The translations under genes and the position numbers were made by a program. This document shows, piece after piece, positions 47,794 through 57,249 of a DNA stretch of 64,000 nucleotides. Numbering within the stretch: the stretch's first letter is position 1; each line of letters begins with the position of its first letter. The stretch comes from Planctomycetota bacterium (lineage in GTDB: Bacteria; Planctomycetota; UBA1135). Under the pieces are notes generated by a model, which saw only the letters and a program-made list of their open reading frames with translations, was not told the origin of the DNA and did no database searches. The stretch is from contig QQUA01000026.1 in the NCBI GenBank assembly GCA_008501825.1, positions 7,824-71,823 on the forward strand, written 5' to 3'.

Positions 47794-50469
47794 ATGCTTC
47801 CCCGGCGCCTTCTTTCCTCCGGCCTGCTGCTTTTGGTCTGGGCAGGCCTTCTCGTCCCGGTTTTCGGTCAGATGAGTCTGAGTTCCACTCAAGGGGTCTT
47901 GCCTCCGGTGACTCCAACCGAATCTTTGCTCTTGGGCGATGACCTTTCGGTGTTTCAGGCGGATTGGCAACAGCCCCGCAACAGCTTGCAAACCACATGG
48001 CGCAATGCCGCCGACACCAGAGCTTCACAAAGCCCGAGTGGAACCGTTCCCCTCGATTTTTCGCAAGCGGCGCTGGATGCCAGCATTGCTCAAGCCACGG
48101 CCTTACGTTGGGCCATGACCGGAAACCTCCTGGATCTGCAAAAGGCGGTGGACATACTTCTGCTGGCAGCCTTGCCTTGGGGGACCAGCATTACCCGACC
48201 GGAAGTCCTCACCCAATATTTGTGCGCTTACGATTTTCTGCGGGGAGCGAGTTTCACCGATCTACCGCAAAGCACCCGGGACCAGTTGGAAAGCCGACTT
48301 CTTGGTGAAGCCAGGAGTTTGAGCAGCGGAAATACCGACAGCAACGCCAAAGCCAAGATCGGAGCCACGCGGGCCATGGCCGGCATCCTGCTCATGGATC
48401 AAGCCTTGCTCGATCAGGGCTTGCAAGACTTACAAAATCATCTTCAATATTCCACTACCGACGACGGTTGGTTCACGGACAGCCCAGGCCATTATTTGAA
48501 TTACACCTTAAGCCATTTGGGACCTTTCTTGCGCATGTACCACCAAGGTTCCGGCGTTGACCTGTATCCGGATTTTCAACCCTACGTGGAGATGAGTTTG
48601 AGGCTGCGCCGGCCGGACGGTCGCATTCCCAATCTCAGCAACGGCCTGAACAGTCCGGTCGGTCTCCATCTTTTCTCTCAGAGCACGGTTTCCGGTGCAG
48701 CGGAAAACATCCTTTGGCAACTTTTTGAAGGCCCGCCTTGGGGGCCGCTTTGGACTTCCACCAATTTGGAGAACAACGACGGCAGCTACAGCCGTTTTTT
48801 TGCCCTGACCGATTTTCAAACTGCGCCCCAATCGCCTTCGATTTCCCCCACCGTTCTGGCTTCGGGACAAAGTGGCATTTCGGTTTTTCGGCAAAGTTGG
48901 CAAGCGGACAGTGATTGGCTGCTGCTTTCCCCCGGCATCGACAGCCCGGCCGGTTTTCTCGGCATCCCGGCCTTTCACAGCCATAACGACACCTTGGAAA
49001 TTCTGGTCGCCAGCGCGGGAGTTCCCCTTTTGGTGGCCCCTGGATATCACCGGGACGACCTCAGTCAATCTCCTCCTGGATTCGACCCGCAACGGGCCGA
49101 CTGGCACAACGTCCTTTTGGTGGACGGAGATCTCGGCTTGTTGGAAAAAGGACGGCGCATGCGTCCGGGAGATTTTCAAACCGGACCGGGCCTAGATGCT
49201 CAAGAGCAAGGAGGATTTCGAGGAGCCGTCGATTTTCGCCAAGTCGAAACCAACTACGGAGGCGTTCACGTCAGCCGGCGGATTCTTTTCCCCATGGAAC
49301 GCTATTTCATCGCCGCCGACTTGGGTTTGGATTTCAATGCCAACCAGCATGAGTTTGCCGTCAACTGGGTCGGCCGAGGACAATTCACTGCGATCCAGGA
49401 AACTCCGGATCACTGGATCGGCGAATGGTTGGACCAAGGACAAGGCCTTCGGGTCCAAACCCTCGGCCTCCATCCTCTTCAATTTTTTCACGGTGACCTC
49501 CACATGCACGATACTTTCAACAGTTTTGAAGCCACCCATCGAGTCAAAGCCGCCTCCCAAGGATCGGCCGGCGCCTTTCTCAGCTTTTTCGAACCTTTTA
49601 ACGGCCAGGCCGAACTCAGCGTTCAAGGCCTCATCTCCGCTCCTGGCAGCCTTGCAGCCGAAATTCGTTCCGCCAACGAAGACTGGACCGATGTTCTTTT
49701 GTTCCAAGGCATCGCCGAAGCCAACGAAGCCGGCAACTTAGCCAGCGATGGCAAAGTCGCTTGGATACGGGAAGACCAGGGAGAGATCCTGCATGGATTT
49801 TTATCCGAAGGGCGGCAATTGGCTTATCAGGGCGAACTTTTATTCAGTGCCGATGCCGAGCTCACCATCTCCGCCCAATGGCTTCCTCAAAGCTGGTCCG
49901 CAACTTTGGCTGCCGAGGGAATCCAGGCCGGCACCGAACTTCGTTTCTACACCTTTACCGGCATTCAACAAGCGCGGCTGAACGGCCAGGATCTCCTTCA
50001 CGGAGAAACGGAAACCTACGCTTGGGTCGAACTTCAGGGAGTGAGCTCCGGTCAAGCCAACCTGTTGGAAATCCAACACCAAGGTTTAGCCGTTCGACCG
50101 TTTCGCACCTACGGTTTTGGGAAATCCAGCAATCAGCGTCTGAGCTTGGTGGGCGAAGGGCCGGCCCGTCCGGGCACCTCGGCCACCGCGACGGTCTCCG
50201 GTTTGACTTCGGCCAACACTTGGTTGGCGATGGCACCTTCGCCTGGCGAATCGCCGCTGGTCGGAGGAATCTTGTTGGTGGACCAGAACTCCGCCACCCT
50301 CTATCCCCCCAATAGCGTCCAGGGAGAACAGGCCGATTGGGTTTTCCAAATTCCCAATGATCCTGGCTTGGTCGGAACTTCCTTCTACCTACAAGCGGCC
50401 GGAGCCGACTTCAGCCTGCCGGAAGGCTGGGCTTTCAGCCATGGCCTGCAACTGACGATTCAACCTTAG
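47794..50469 (+). CDS. secreted heparinase II/III-like (polysaccharide-lyase-like) protein with the shared C-terminal module
   Basis: Signal peptide MLPRRLLSSGLLLLVWAGLLVPVFGQ. All-alpha N-terminal half, then FHSHNDTLEILVASAGVPLLVAPGY resembling the H-x-H-x-D motif of the Hepar_II_III domain. The family call is tentative. Confidence 0.55.
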   Translation: MLPRRLLSSGLLLLVWAGLLVPVFGQMSLSSTQGVLPPVTPTESLLLGDDLSVFQADWQQPRNSLQTTWRNAADTRASQSPSGTVPLDFSQAALDASIAQATALRWAMTGNLLDLQKAVDILLLAALPWGTSITRPEVLTQYLCAYDFLRGASFTDLPQSTRDQLESRLLGEARSLSSGNTDSNAKAKIGATRAMAGILLMDQALLDQGLQDLQNHLQYSTTDDGWFTDSPGHYLNYTLSHLGPFLRMYHQGSGVDLYPDFQPYVEMSLRLRRPDGRIPNLSNGLNSPVGLHLFSQSTVSGAAENILWQLFEGPPWGPLWTSTNLENNDGSYSRFFALTDFQTAPQSPSISPTVLASGQSGISVFRQSWQADSDWLLLSPGIDSPAGFLGIPAFHSHNDTLEILVASAGVPLLVAPGYHRDDLSQSPPGFDPQRADWHNVLLVDGDLGLLEKGRRMRPGDFQTGPGLDAQEQGGFRGAVDFRQVETNYGGVHVSRRILFPMERYFIAADLGLDFNANQHEFAVNWVGRGQFTAIQETPDHWIGEWLDQGQGLRVQTLGLHPLQFFHGDLHMHDTFNSFEATHRVKAASQGSAGAFLSFFEPFNGQAELSVQGLISAPGSLAAEIRSANEDWTDVLLFQGIAEANEAGNLASDGKVAWIREDQGEILHGFLSEGRQLAYQGELLFSADAELTISAQWLPQSWSATLAAEGIQAGTELRFYTFTGIQQARLNGQDLLHGETETYAWVELQGVSSGQANLLEIQHQGLAVRPFRTYGFGKSSNQRLSLVGEGPARPGTSATATVSGLTSANTWLAMAPSPGESPLVGGILLVDQNSATLYPPNSVQGEQADWVFQIPNDPGLVGTSFYLQAAGADFSLPEGWAFSHGLQLTIQP

Positions 50470-50475
50470 TCAGGC

Positions 50476-52419
50476 TTAGAACTCCTTCTCCACCCGCAAA
50501 CCGTACTGGCGTAGGAAGTGGCCGGCTTGTTCTACATCGGTCGCGATTTCCACCACTCCCTTCGGGCCGGTGGCCCCGTGCACTTTGGCGTGGGCGGAAC
50601 GAAGTCCTCCTAACCACCAGCGCCGGTCACTCAGATAAACCAAGTCTCCAGGATCGGCGGCCAGGGTTTTCGCGGCTTCTTCATCCACCGAGATGGTACC
50701 GGGGGGCAACGCGTCGTTGACCTTCCAGGCCAATTCCATCCTTTCTCCCGGCCGGTCATTCGGTTCCCCGCCCTTGAAGAAACGGCGAGCACTTTCCACC
50801 GTCCACATGGTCAAGCCTTCCAGGGTTTTGGATTCCTTTGGTTGAGTAAACAAACTCACCCCGATGCCGACCCCGAAACAAACCACCATGTTGTACAAAG
50901 CCCGGACGTATTTAAAGGGCATTTCCCCTTCCGGCGTGGGAATGCCGTGACTGAAGGGTCCAATGAGTTCGTGCGGTAGTTTGACGGCCAGAAGCATCAA
51001 GCCAGTCCCGATGAAAAACACGCTGACAGCTCCCGCAGTGGTGAATCGGCGCCAAAAAATTCCCAAGAAAATGGCCGTCACCAAGGGTGGAGTCGCGGTG
51101 GCGTGAAAGAAACCGTGGGCGTCATACAAATCCCCGATCCGGTCCATCAGAAAGGCGCCGCCAACTCCCAACAAAGTCGCCACAGCCGAAACCACCATGG
51201 CCACGTTCAAATAATGGCGATCCTTTTCATGCGGGACCAAGGGCCGATAGATGTCGTTGATCACCACCGCCGCCACCGCATTGATCAAAGTATCCACGGT
51301 ACTCATCAAAGCAGCCGTGACCGCGGCGACGAAAAAGCCAAAACCCGCCGGGCTGGCGACTACGCTGGCCATCAAGGTAAAGACGCTGTCGGGAGCAGAA
51401 TCCGGGGAAATGATTTCCGGATTGGTGACGCTGATCGCCTTGGCGATCCAACCGGCGCCGGAGACGGCCAGTGCCGACAACGGCAGCAGGAACAGCACGT
51501 TGAAGGCGGCGGCTTTGCGGCCTTCGTTTACCGAACGGCAGGCCATGAAACGCATGATCAATCCCTGATTCATGAACAGGAACCCGATCGAACCGGCAAT
51601 GGCGTCCTGCCAAAAGATACCCACGAAATTGAAATCGGCCGGCTTATTGTAGTCGGCCAGAGGCAACTTGAACTCCGCAGGCAACGCATTCCAAAAGACG
51701 TCGAAACCGCCGAGAAAATCCAGCCCCAGCAAGAACAAAACCATTCCGGCAATGAGGAGGATAAAGCCTTGCAGGAGGTCGGTGAAGATCACGGCAGTTT
51801 GGCCGCCAAAGGTGATGTAGACTCCGGCAACGGCAGCGACCACCCAAATGATCTGAGCTTGGCTCCAACCCTGAGGTTCCAAAACCGGCAACAGGGTTTT
51901 GGTCATGGTCAAGAAGCCGATGCCGATATACCCAATCATGTAGATCAAGAGGGCTATGGTGGCCAAAATGCGAACGCCTCGATTGAATCGACGTTCGAAA
52001 TACTCTGGAATCGACCGGACCTGCATGAAGTAAATAATGGGAAGCCAACCGAACATGAACAATGGCATGAAAAACCAATCGTTCATATAAGCCATGGTGG
52101 AGGAAAACCCGTGGCCGAAACCCTTACCGCTGTATTTGATGAAACTGTGACTGCCCACCCCAGTCGCGACGATGGACATGGTGATCAGCCACCAGGAAAA
52201 ACGCCGACCTCCGAAAAAGAAATCCTGGGTGGTGCGGTTGTAGCGGGCGAAATAGGAACCGAATCCGAGGACGCCGATGAAATACCCGATCAAGATGATC
52301 CAGAAAACCGGGCTGGTGCCGGCTTGCGCCGCCGCATCGGCGGCTAAAGCGGACTGGCCGTCGGCACCATGATCTTGGAGAACCGGCAGCCATCCCAACA
52401 TTGCGGCGAAGGACATCAT
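50476..52419 (-). CDS. sodium:solute symporter family (SSF) transporter with a ~125-aa soluble C-terminal extension
   Basis: FFGGRRFSWWLITMSIVATGVGSHSFI and about 13-14 TM helices. The ATG at 52419 overlaps the stop of the small membrane-protein gene (ATGA). The ORF extends to 52503. Confidence 0.85.
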   Translation of the reverse strand: MMSFAAMLGWLPVLQDHGADGQSALAADAAAQAGTSPVFWIILIGYFIGVLGFGSYFARYNRTTQDFFFGGRRFSWWLITMSIVATGVGSHSFIKYSGKGFGHGFSSTMAYMNDWFFMPLFMFGWLPIIYFMQVRSIPEYFERRFNRGVRILATIALLIYMIGYIGIGFLTMTKTLLPVLEPQGWSQAQIIWVVAAVAGVYITFGGQTAVIFTDLLQGFILLIAGMVLFLLGLDFLGGFDVFWNALPAEFKLPLADYNKPADFNFVGIFWQDAIAGSIGFLFMNQGLIMRFMACRSVNEGRKAAAFNVLFLLPLSALAVSGAGWIAKAISVTNPEIISPDSAPDSVFTLMASVVASPAGFGFFVAAVTAALMSTVDTLINAVAAVVINDIYRPLVPHEKDRHYLNVAMVVSAVATLLGVGGAFLMDRIGDLYDAHGFFHATATPPLVTAIFLGIFWRRFTTAGAVSVFFIGTGLMLLAVKLPHELIGPFSHGIPTPEGEMPFKYVRALYNMVVCFGVGIGVSLFTQPKESKTLEGLTMWTVESARRFFKGGEPNDRPGERMELAWKVNDALPPGTISVDEEAAKTLAADPGDLVYLSDRRWWLGGLRSAHAKVHGATGPKGVVEIATDVEQAGHFLRQYGLRVEKEF

Positions 52420-52631
52420 GCCGCTCCCTCCAGGGCCGCCAAGATCCCGAGGCCGTGGATGGCGGCATACCAAACGAAGCCGAAAATCAACAAGCGAAAC
52501 CAACGACGGTCGGACCGTCGCTTGGCTTGAAAGCCCGGACTCCGCACCGCCATGACCAGACCGATGAGGAACAGGACGCCACCGACCCCATAAAGATAGA
52601 GGTACGGCAACCAGACTCGGGTGAATTCCAT
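52416..52631 (-). CDS. small two-TM membrane protein upstream of the symporter
   Basis: 71 aa with two hydrophobic helices (VWLPYLYLYGVGGVLFLIGLVMAV and WFRLLIFGFVWYAAIHGLGILAAL). The arrangement is analogous to small subunits found next to SSF transporters (YjcH/DUF485- or DUF4212-like). The family is not verified. Confidence 0.5.
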   Translation of the reverse strand: MEFTRVWLPYLYLYGVGGVLFLIGLVMAVRSPGFQAKRRSDRRWFRLLIFGFVWYAAIHGLGILAALEGAA

Positions 52632-52641
52632 CGTCCGGCGA

Positions 52642-53610
52642 TCATAGCGGCCCCCCGGCCGCCTGCTGGGGAGGAGCCGGGTGAGAATCTCGTGAAGCCT
52701 GCAAGCGGCGATAGGACTCGGTCAGGATGCGAGGAAGAGAAGTTACGTGGTGAACCTGAAAGTCGACGTTGTGAGCTTCCGGTCCCAAAGACTGCAGAAC
52801 CCAAGCGGGCGTGTAAGGCTTGCGAATGATGGCTACGTCTTGGGGAGCCGCTGGATGGCCGGCCACCCGCATCCCAAGAGGCTGGGCTAAATCCAGAGAC
52901 AAAACGTCCCCGATCACCATGTCGGGGCATTCTCTTTCCAAGATCTCCCGGTATTGCGGCCGATCCGTTCGCACGAATCGCCCATTCAACTCCAAGCCAA
53001 GGTCCGGATCTCCCAACCACTGTTTTCCTGCCCGTCCATACACTCGCAAACCCACTTCATCGGCATCCTCCTGGCGAGCGTCCAAAACCGGCAAATCGTG
53101 GTGGGCAAACCAATCGATGATCTTTTCCGGCGGAGCATTGGTCACGAAAGTCACCCGAACCTGATGACGAAGTAACCACCGTAGGACGTGCTCCGCTCCA
53201 TGGGCCAAATCGTGGTCCACGGTTTTCCGGAATCGGCGGCAGGTCCCGTGATAGACCTCATCCATAAAGGCAGTCATGGAAGGATTCTCGCCTAAAACCG
53301 CCTGGCCCAATTCGGCGAAAGGCGCTTCCTGGCTCTGTTCCATGAACTGGCCCAAAGCGGCAGGAATGGCGAAGTAATCCTCATCGACGTAAGAAGTCAA
53401 ATGGTCGTGGATTCGCCACCCGAATTTTTCCGGCTGCTTAAAGACGCGATCTTGCACCTTTTGAAGCAGAGAAAGGACCTCCGCTTCCGGTCGTCCGCTC
53501 AAGCGGGCCAATTCCCGACCCAAAGTTTCCATAATGGCGTGAAATTCTCGAGTGGGATCGGTCCAAACCCCGTCGAAATCGGTAACCAAATGGTATTCCG
53601 CGGAAGCCAT
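52642..53610 (-). CDS. HAD-superfamily hydrolase-like protein
   Basis: HAD motif I DFDGVWTD, motif II VTFVTNA, motif IV-like VIGDVLSLD. ATG at 53610; the ORF extends to a TTG at 53655. Confidence 0.55.
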   Translation of the reverse strand: MASAEYHLVTDFDGVWTDPTREFHAIMETLGRELARLSGRPEAEVLSLLQKVQDRVFKQPEKFGWRIHDHLTSYVDEDYFAIPAALGQFMEQSQEAPFAELGQAVLGENPSMTAFMDEVYHGTCRRFRKTVDHDLAHGAEHVLRWLLRHQVRVTFVTNAPPEKIIDWFAHHDLPVLDARQEDADEVGLRVYGRAGKQWLGDPDLGLELNGRFVRTDRPQYREILERECPDMVIGDVLSLDLAQPLGMRVAGHPAAPQDVAIIRKPYTPAWVLQSLGPEAHNVDFQVHHVTSLPRILTESYRRLQASRDSHPAPPQQAAGGPL

Positions 53611-53783
53611 CTTGAGTCTGGGCGTGGGGATCGGCCGGGGGATTTCGGCCGGCAAGGGGCAAGATCGTACCCGAATTTGCGCGCTTCATGGTCCGGTGCC
53701 AAACCAGTCTTCTCCCAGCAAGAAAGCCTCAGCTACCCTTCTTTTTCCTTGAAAGGCTCCTTCCACCGACTCTATATTCTGGC

Positions 53784-53890
53784 TTCCCATCAAGACGGGT
53801 GGAGGGACAGGCCCGACGAAACCCGGCCAACCGGATCGTAACGGAGATCAAGGTGGCAATGCCTACTCGCCATTGGCGGGGCGATGGATT
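53784..53890 (+). promoter_or_regulatory. SAM-I (S-box) riboswitch aptamer
   Basis: cccAUCAAGAcGGGUGGAGGGACaGGCCCGAcGAAACCCGGCcAACC-[P3 ggauc...gauc]-aaGGUGgCAAUgCC-[P4 cucgcc-auu-ggcggg]-gcGAUGGa matches the conserved SAM-I core (AUCAAGAG-GG-GGAGGGAC-GGCCCGAUGAA-CCCGGCAACC...GGUGCCAAUUCC) with a closing P1 (cccauc/gaugg). It lies about 90 nt upstream of a methionine-cycle gene. Confidence 0.85.
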
Positions 53891-53976
53891 GATTCCTTGG
53901 CCCCATCGTTGAGGGCATCCGCTGCGATAACCGACGCCTTTCTTGAGGAACCCTCAGCGGAAAAAGGAGTCCTAGC

Positions 53977-55869
53977 TTGCAAGCGCAACGTCAACCGACC
54001 TCGAAACGGCCGGATATTCGCACCTTTTTGCAAGACCACGTTCTGGTTTTGGATGGAGCCATGGGCACCCAACTGCACGAACGGGGCTTGAGTTTCCAAG
54101 ATTGTTTCGATGCCGCCAATCTCAGCCGTCCGGAACTGGTTTTGGAGATTCACCGGGCGTTCATTGAGGCCGGAGCTCAAGGGATCCAAACCAATACTTT
54201 TGGAGCCAATCGCTTTCGTTTGGCCGGGCATCGGCGGGACGATCAATTACCTTTGATCCTGGAGAAGGCCTTGGAAATCGCCACCGAGGCGGCCGGCGAC
54301 GAAGTGTACGTTCTGGCTTCCCTCGGCCCTTTGGGAGTGGAATTGGAACCAATCGGTCGTTTGGACCGAAAGGAAGCCCGGGACGCCTTTCAACAGGTCG
54401 CCCGAGTCTTGGAACCTGGAGTGGACGGCTTTTCCTTAGAAACCTTCGGCCGTTTGGATGAAGTATTGGAAGCGGTACGAGCGATTCGGGAAATAAGCGA
54501 CAAGCCGATTTTCGCCCACATGAGCGTGGACAGCCGTGGCTTGACCGGTTACGGCACCCAGGTGGAAACCTTGGGCCCGCGGTTGGCGCAAGCCGGTGCG
54601 GACGTCATCGGATTGAATTGCAGCACCGGGCCTAGAGCCATCTTGGAATCGATTTTACGAATGGTCGAATACACCGACCGGCCGCTTTCCGCCCGGCCCA
54701 ATGCCGGTATGCCGCGGGAAGTGGACGGCCGGGTGTTTTACGAAAACAATCCGGATTACTTCGCCCGCTTTGCTCGGCGTTTTCTGCAAGCCGGCGGCCG
54801 CGTATTGGGCGGCTGTTGCGGAACCACTCCGGATCACATTCGTGCGATGGCTCGGTCGGCGAAAGCGATCGGAATTCAAGTCCGGCGCCAGCCGCTCCAG
54901 GTTTCTCAACCATTGCAGGGTTCGGAACGCCCGCGCAAGCCTTGCCCGCTGAGCGACCGGTCCAAATTGGGCCAAGCCCTGGCGACAGGCCAAACGGCGA
55001 CCAGCATTGAACTGCTGCCGCCGCGAACTCCGAACATGCAAGCTCTTTGCGAGGAGGCCAAAAAGGTCCACGACGCTGGCGCCACCGTGGTCAATCTTCC
55101 CGATGGGCCGCGAGCCTCGGCTCGAGTTTCCAATCTGGCCACCGCGGTGATTTTGGAGCGGGAAGTTGGGGTGGAAACCCTACTCCACTTCTGCTGCCGC
55201 GATCGCAATCTGCTTGGCATGCAATCCGATTTGATGGGCGCCGCCGCCTTGGAGCTCAACAACATCCTGGTGGTCACGGGCGATCCGCCTTACCTCGGCA
55301 ACTATCCGGACGTCACCGCGGTTTTTGACGTGGATTCCATCGGCCTTTGCAACATTCTGGATAATTTGAATCATGGCTTGGATTTGGGCGGCAACGCCAT
55401 CGACCAGCAGACCCATTTTTGCCTGGGCGCCGCCTTGAACCCAACCGCCCTGGATCTGGATCGGGAGATCGCCCGTTATCGTTGGAAGGTGGACGCCGGA
55501 ATCGACTTCAGCATTACCCAGCCGATTTTCGACGTCCCGTCTTTCCTGGAAATGCTGGATCGCCTGCCCGAGGACGGTCCGCCGATCCTGGCTGGGATTT
55601 GGCCATTGCGAAGCCTCCGCAATGCCGAATTTTTGGCGGCGGAAGTACCCGGAGTGTCGGTACCCGAAGCCTTGCTGGACCGGATGCGGGAAGCCGGCCG
55701 CCGCGGTCGAGAGGCCGCCGCCGAAGAGGGCGTGGCCATCGCCTTGGAAGCGGTGGAGGCCCTGGCGACTCGGGTGGAGGGATTCCAAATCGCCGCCCCG
55801 TTCAACAAGGCGGAGCCGGCGATCCGCGTCCTGAAGCTGGTGCAATCCATTGGAGGTCCCCAGCCCTAA
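53977..55869 (+). CDS. bifunctional homocysteine S-methyltransferase domain / 5,10-methylenetetrahydrofolate reductase
   Basis: N-terminal Hcy-binding domain: VLDGAMGTQL, GLNCSTGP, Zn-ligand GGCCGTTPDHI. C-terminal MTHFR domain: SIELLPPRT, HFCCRDRN, LVVTGDPP. TTG start at 53977 preceded by aaaaaggag. Confidence 0.85.
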   Translation: MQAQRQPTSKRPDIRTFLQDHVLVLDGAMGTQLHERGLSFQDCFDAANLSRPELVLEIHRAFIEAGAQGIQTNTFGANRFRLAGHRRDDQLPLILEKALEIATEAAGDEVYVLASLGPLGVELEPIGRLDRKEARDAFQQVARVLEPGVDGFSLETFGRLDEVLEAVRAIREISDKPIFAHMSVDSRGLTGYGTQVETLGPRLAQAGADVIGLNCSTGPRAILESILRMVEYTDRPLSARPNAGMPREVDGRVFYENNPDYFARFARRFLQAGGRVLGGCCGTTPDHIRAMARSAKAIGIQVRRQPLQVSQPLQGSERPRKPCPLSDRSKLGQALATGQTATSIELLPPRTPNMQALCEEAKKVHDAGATVVNLPDGPRASARVSNLATAVILEREVGVETLLHFCCRDRNLLGMQSDLMGAAALELNNILVVTGDPPYLGNYPDVTAVFDVDSIGLCNILDNLNHGLDLGGNAIDQQTHFCLGAALNPTALDLDREIARYRWKVDAGIDFSITQPIFDVPSFLEMLDRLPEDGPPILAGIWPLRSLRNAEFLAAEVPGVSVPEALLDRMREAGRRGREAAAEEGVAIALEAVEALATRVEGFQIAAPFNKAEPAIRVLKLVQSIGGPQP

Positions 55870-55914
55870 CTCCTTTCCCCGGCAGGGAGGCCGGCCACAG
55901 GCCAGGAAGGTGAA

Positions 55915-55959
55915 CAAAAAATTTGCGCTAAGCCTTAAATGAAATGGGCTTAGCGCAAA
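55915..55959 (-). terminator. intrinsic terminator (strong on the minus strand) between convergent genes
   Basis: Perfect 13-bp stem tttgcgctaagcc / ggcttagcgcaaa (55922-55934 / 55947-55959) with a 12-nt loop. On the minus strand it is followed by tttttt. Confidence 0.65.
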
Positions 55960-55989
55960 AGACCTCCAACGGATTGCACCAGTTTCAGG

Positions 55990-56787
55990 TTAGGGAGAGA
56001 GCATCCGGGCGGTGCCAAGCCCGAGAATAGTGTGCTTCCCCGGCCCCTGCATCAAACTGCCGTTCTCATCCACCAGGACGTACCAAAGGCTGGTGACGTA
56101 ACCGCTGTCGTCGGTGATGTTGACCGGACCGATTCGCCCCACCTTGTCGTCGAAGAATTGCCAAATCCCGGTATTGACCCCTCCGGAAAGGTATTGAAAG
56201 GTGTCCAAGTTCCCTCCGGTGACCGTGCCTCCGGCATCGATTTGGACGTTGATGTCGACGATTTCCTCCAAGTAAGCAGTCCCGGACCAAGATTTAGCCA
56301 GTTGGTCCGCCACCGTGAAGTGCCCCTCCCCGGAGCTGAAGGTGGCCTGGTAACTTCCGGTTTCTTCCGGAACTCCAGCAACTTCATAAACGTACTGGCC
56401 GGAGTGGACGTTACCACCGTTGGTCAAGGTCCCGGTAAGCTGCAAACCAATTTGCTCCCCGCCGGTTTGGGTCATGGTAAAGCGGGTACTTCCCTTGGTT
56501 TTGACCTCCACGCTAGTCACCGAATCGGCCAGCCGCCACTCGTTGCCGCGACCGTCGGCGGCCCGAAACAAAGTGCCGGATGAATCGACCCGCAGGTAGA
56601 AGGGCGTACTCAGGCCGGAAGGACTGTCCGGCTCAAGAATCGCCAGCCAATCGCCTTTCACGTCATTGATACTGAAATTGGCTTTACCAGCCGCGGCCTG
56701 ACCCGATGCCGGATTGGAACCGGAGGAACATGCCCCAGAGGCCAGGATGGCACAGAGTAGGAGACCGAACGTCAGAAGTTGGCGCAT
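55990..56787 (-). CDS. hypothetical lipoprotein
   Basis: Lipoprotein signal MRQLLTFGLLLCAILASGAC (lipobox ASGAC). Beta-rich, no family recognised. Confidence 0.65.
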   Translation of the reverse strand: MRQLLTFGLLLCAILASGACSSGSNPASGQAAAGKANFSINDVKGDWLAILEPDSPSGLSTPFYLRVDSSGTLFRAADGRGNEWRLADSVTSVEVKTKGSTRFTMTQTGGEQIGLQLTGTLTNGGNVHSGQYVYEVAGVPEETGSYQATFSSGEGHFTVADQLAKSWSGTAYLEEIVDINVQIDAGGTVTGGNLDTFQYLSGGVNTGIWQFFDDKVGRIGPVNITDDSGYVTSLWYVLVDENGSLMQGPGKHTILGLGTARMLSP

Positions 56788-57249
56788 GGAGACTCCGGAT
56801 TAAGCGTTGGGAAACTCGAGTGGTTTGAGTTTTGGAACAGGAGGAGGAGGAATTCCACCCGGAAATTCCTAACAGGCCCTAAGCCTACCCCATGAGATTT
56901 CGGTGGAAAGGAGGAAAAGCCGCCTAGATTTTCCCATTCATAAAAAATTTCTGTCGAATTCACGCATCTCGGCCCACCCCGCTCGACTCGAAAAACATCT
57001 TCAACAATTGCAATAACCTAGTTATTCCGGATAACTTAGGTCATGTTCCCGGAAAATCCCGGAATTCTCGAGTCGGGCCGGCCAAGGCTTCGGTCACCGA
57101 GTGGCTTTCAAAGCTTAAGGTGAAGGTTGCAGCCGCTCAGCTCCGATGAAAATTCCTCCAACGGATTTTGCCGGGCCACCTGCACTTAGCGGTTCCAAAG
57201 CCCTCCTTTTGGGACCTTACCCCCTCCTCATTCTCGAATTCCTCACCTC

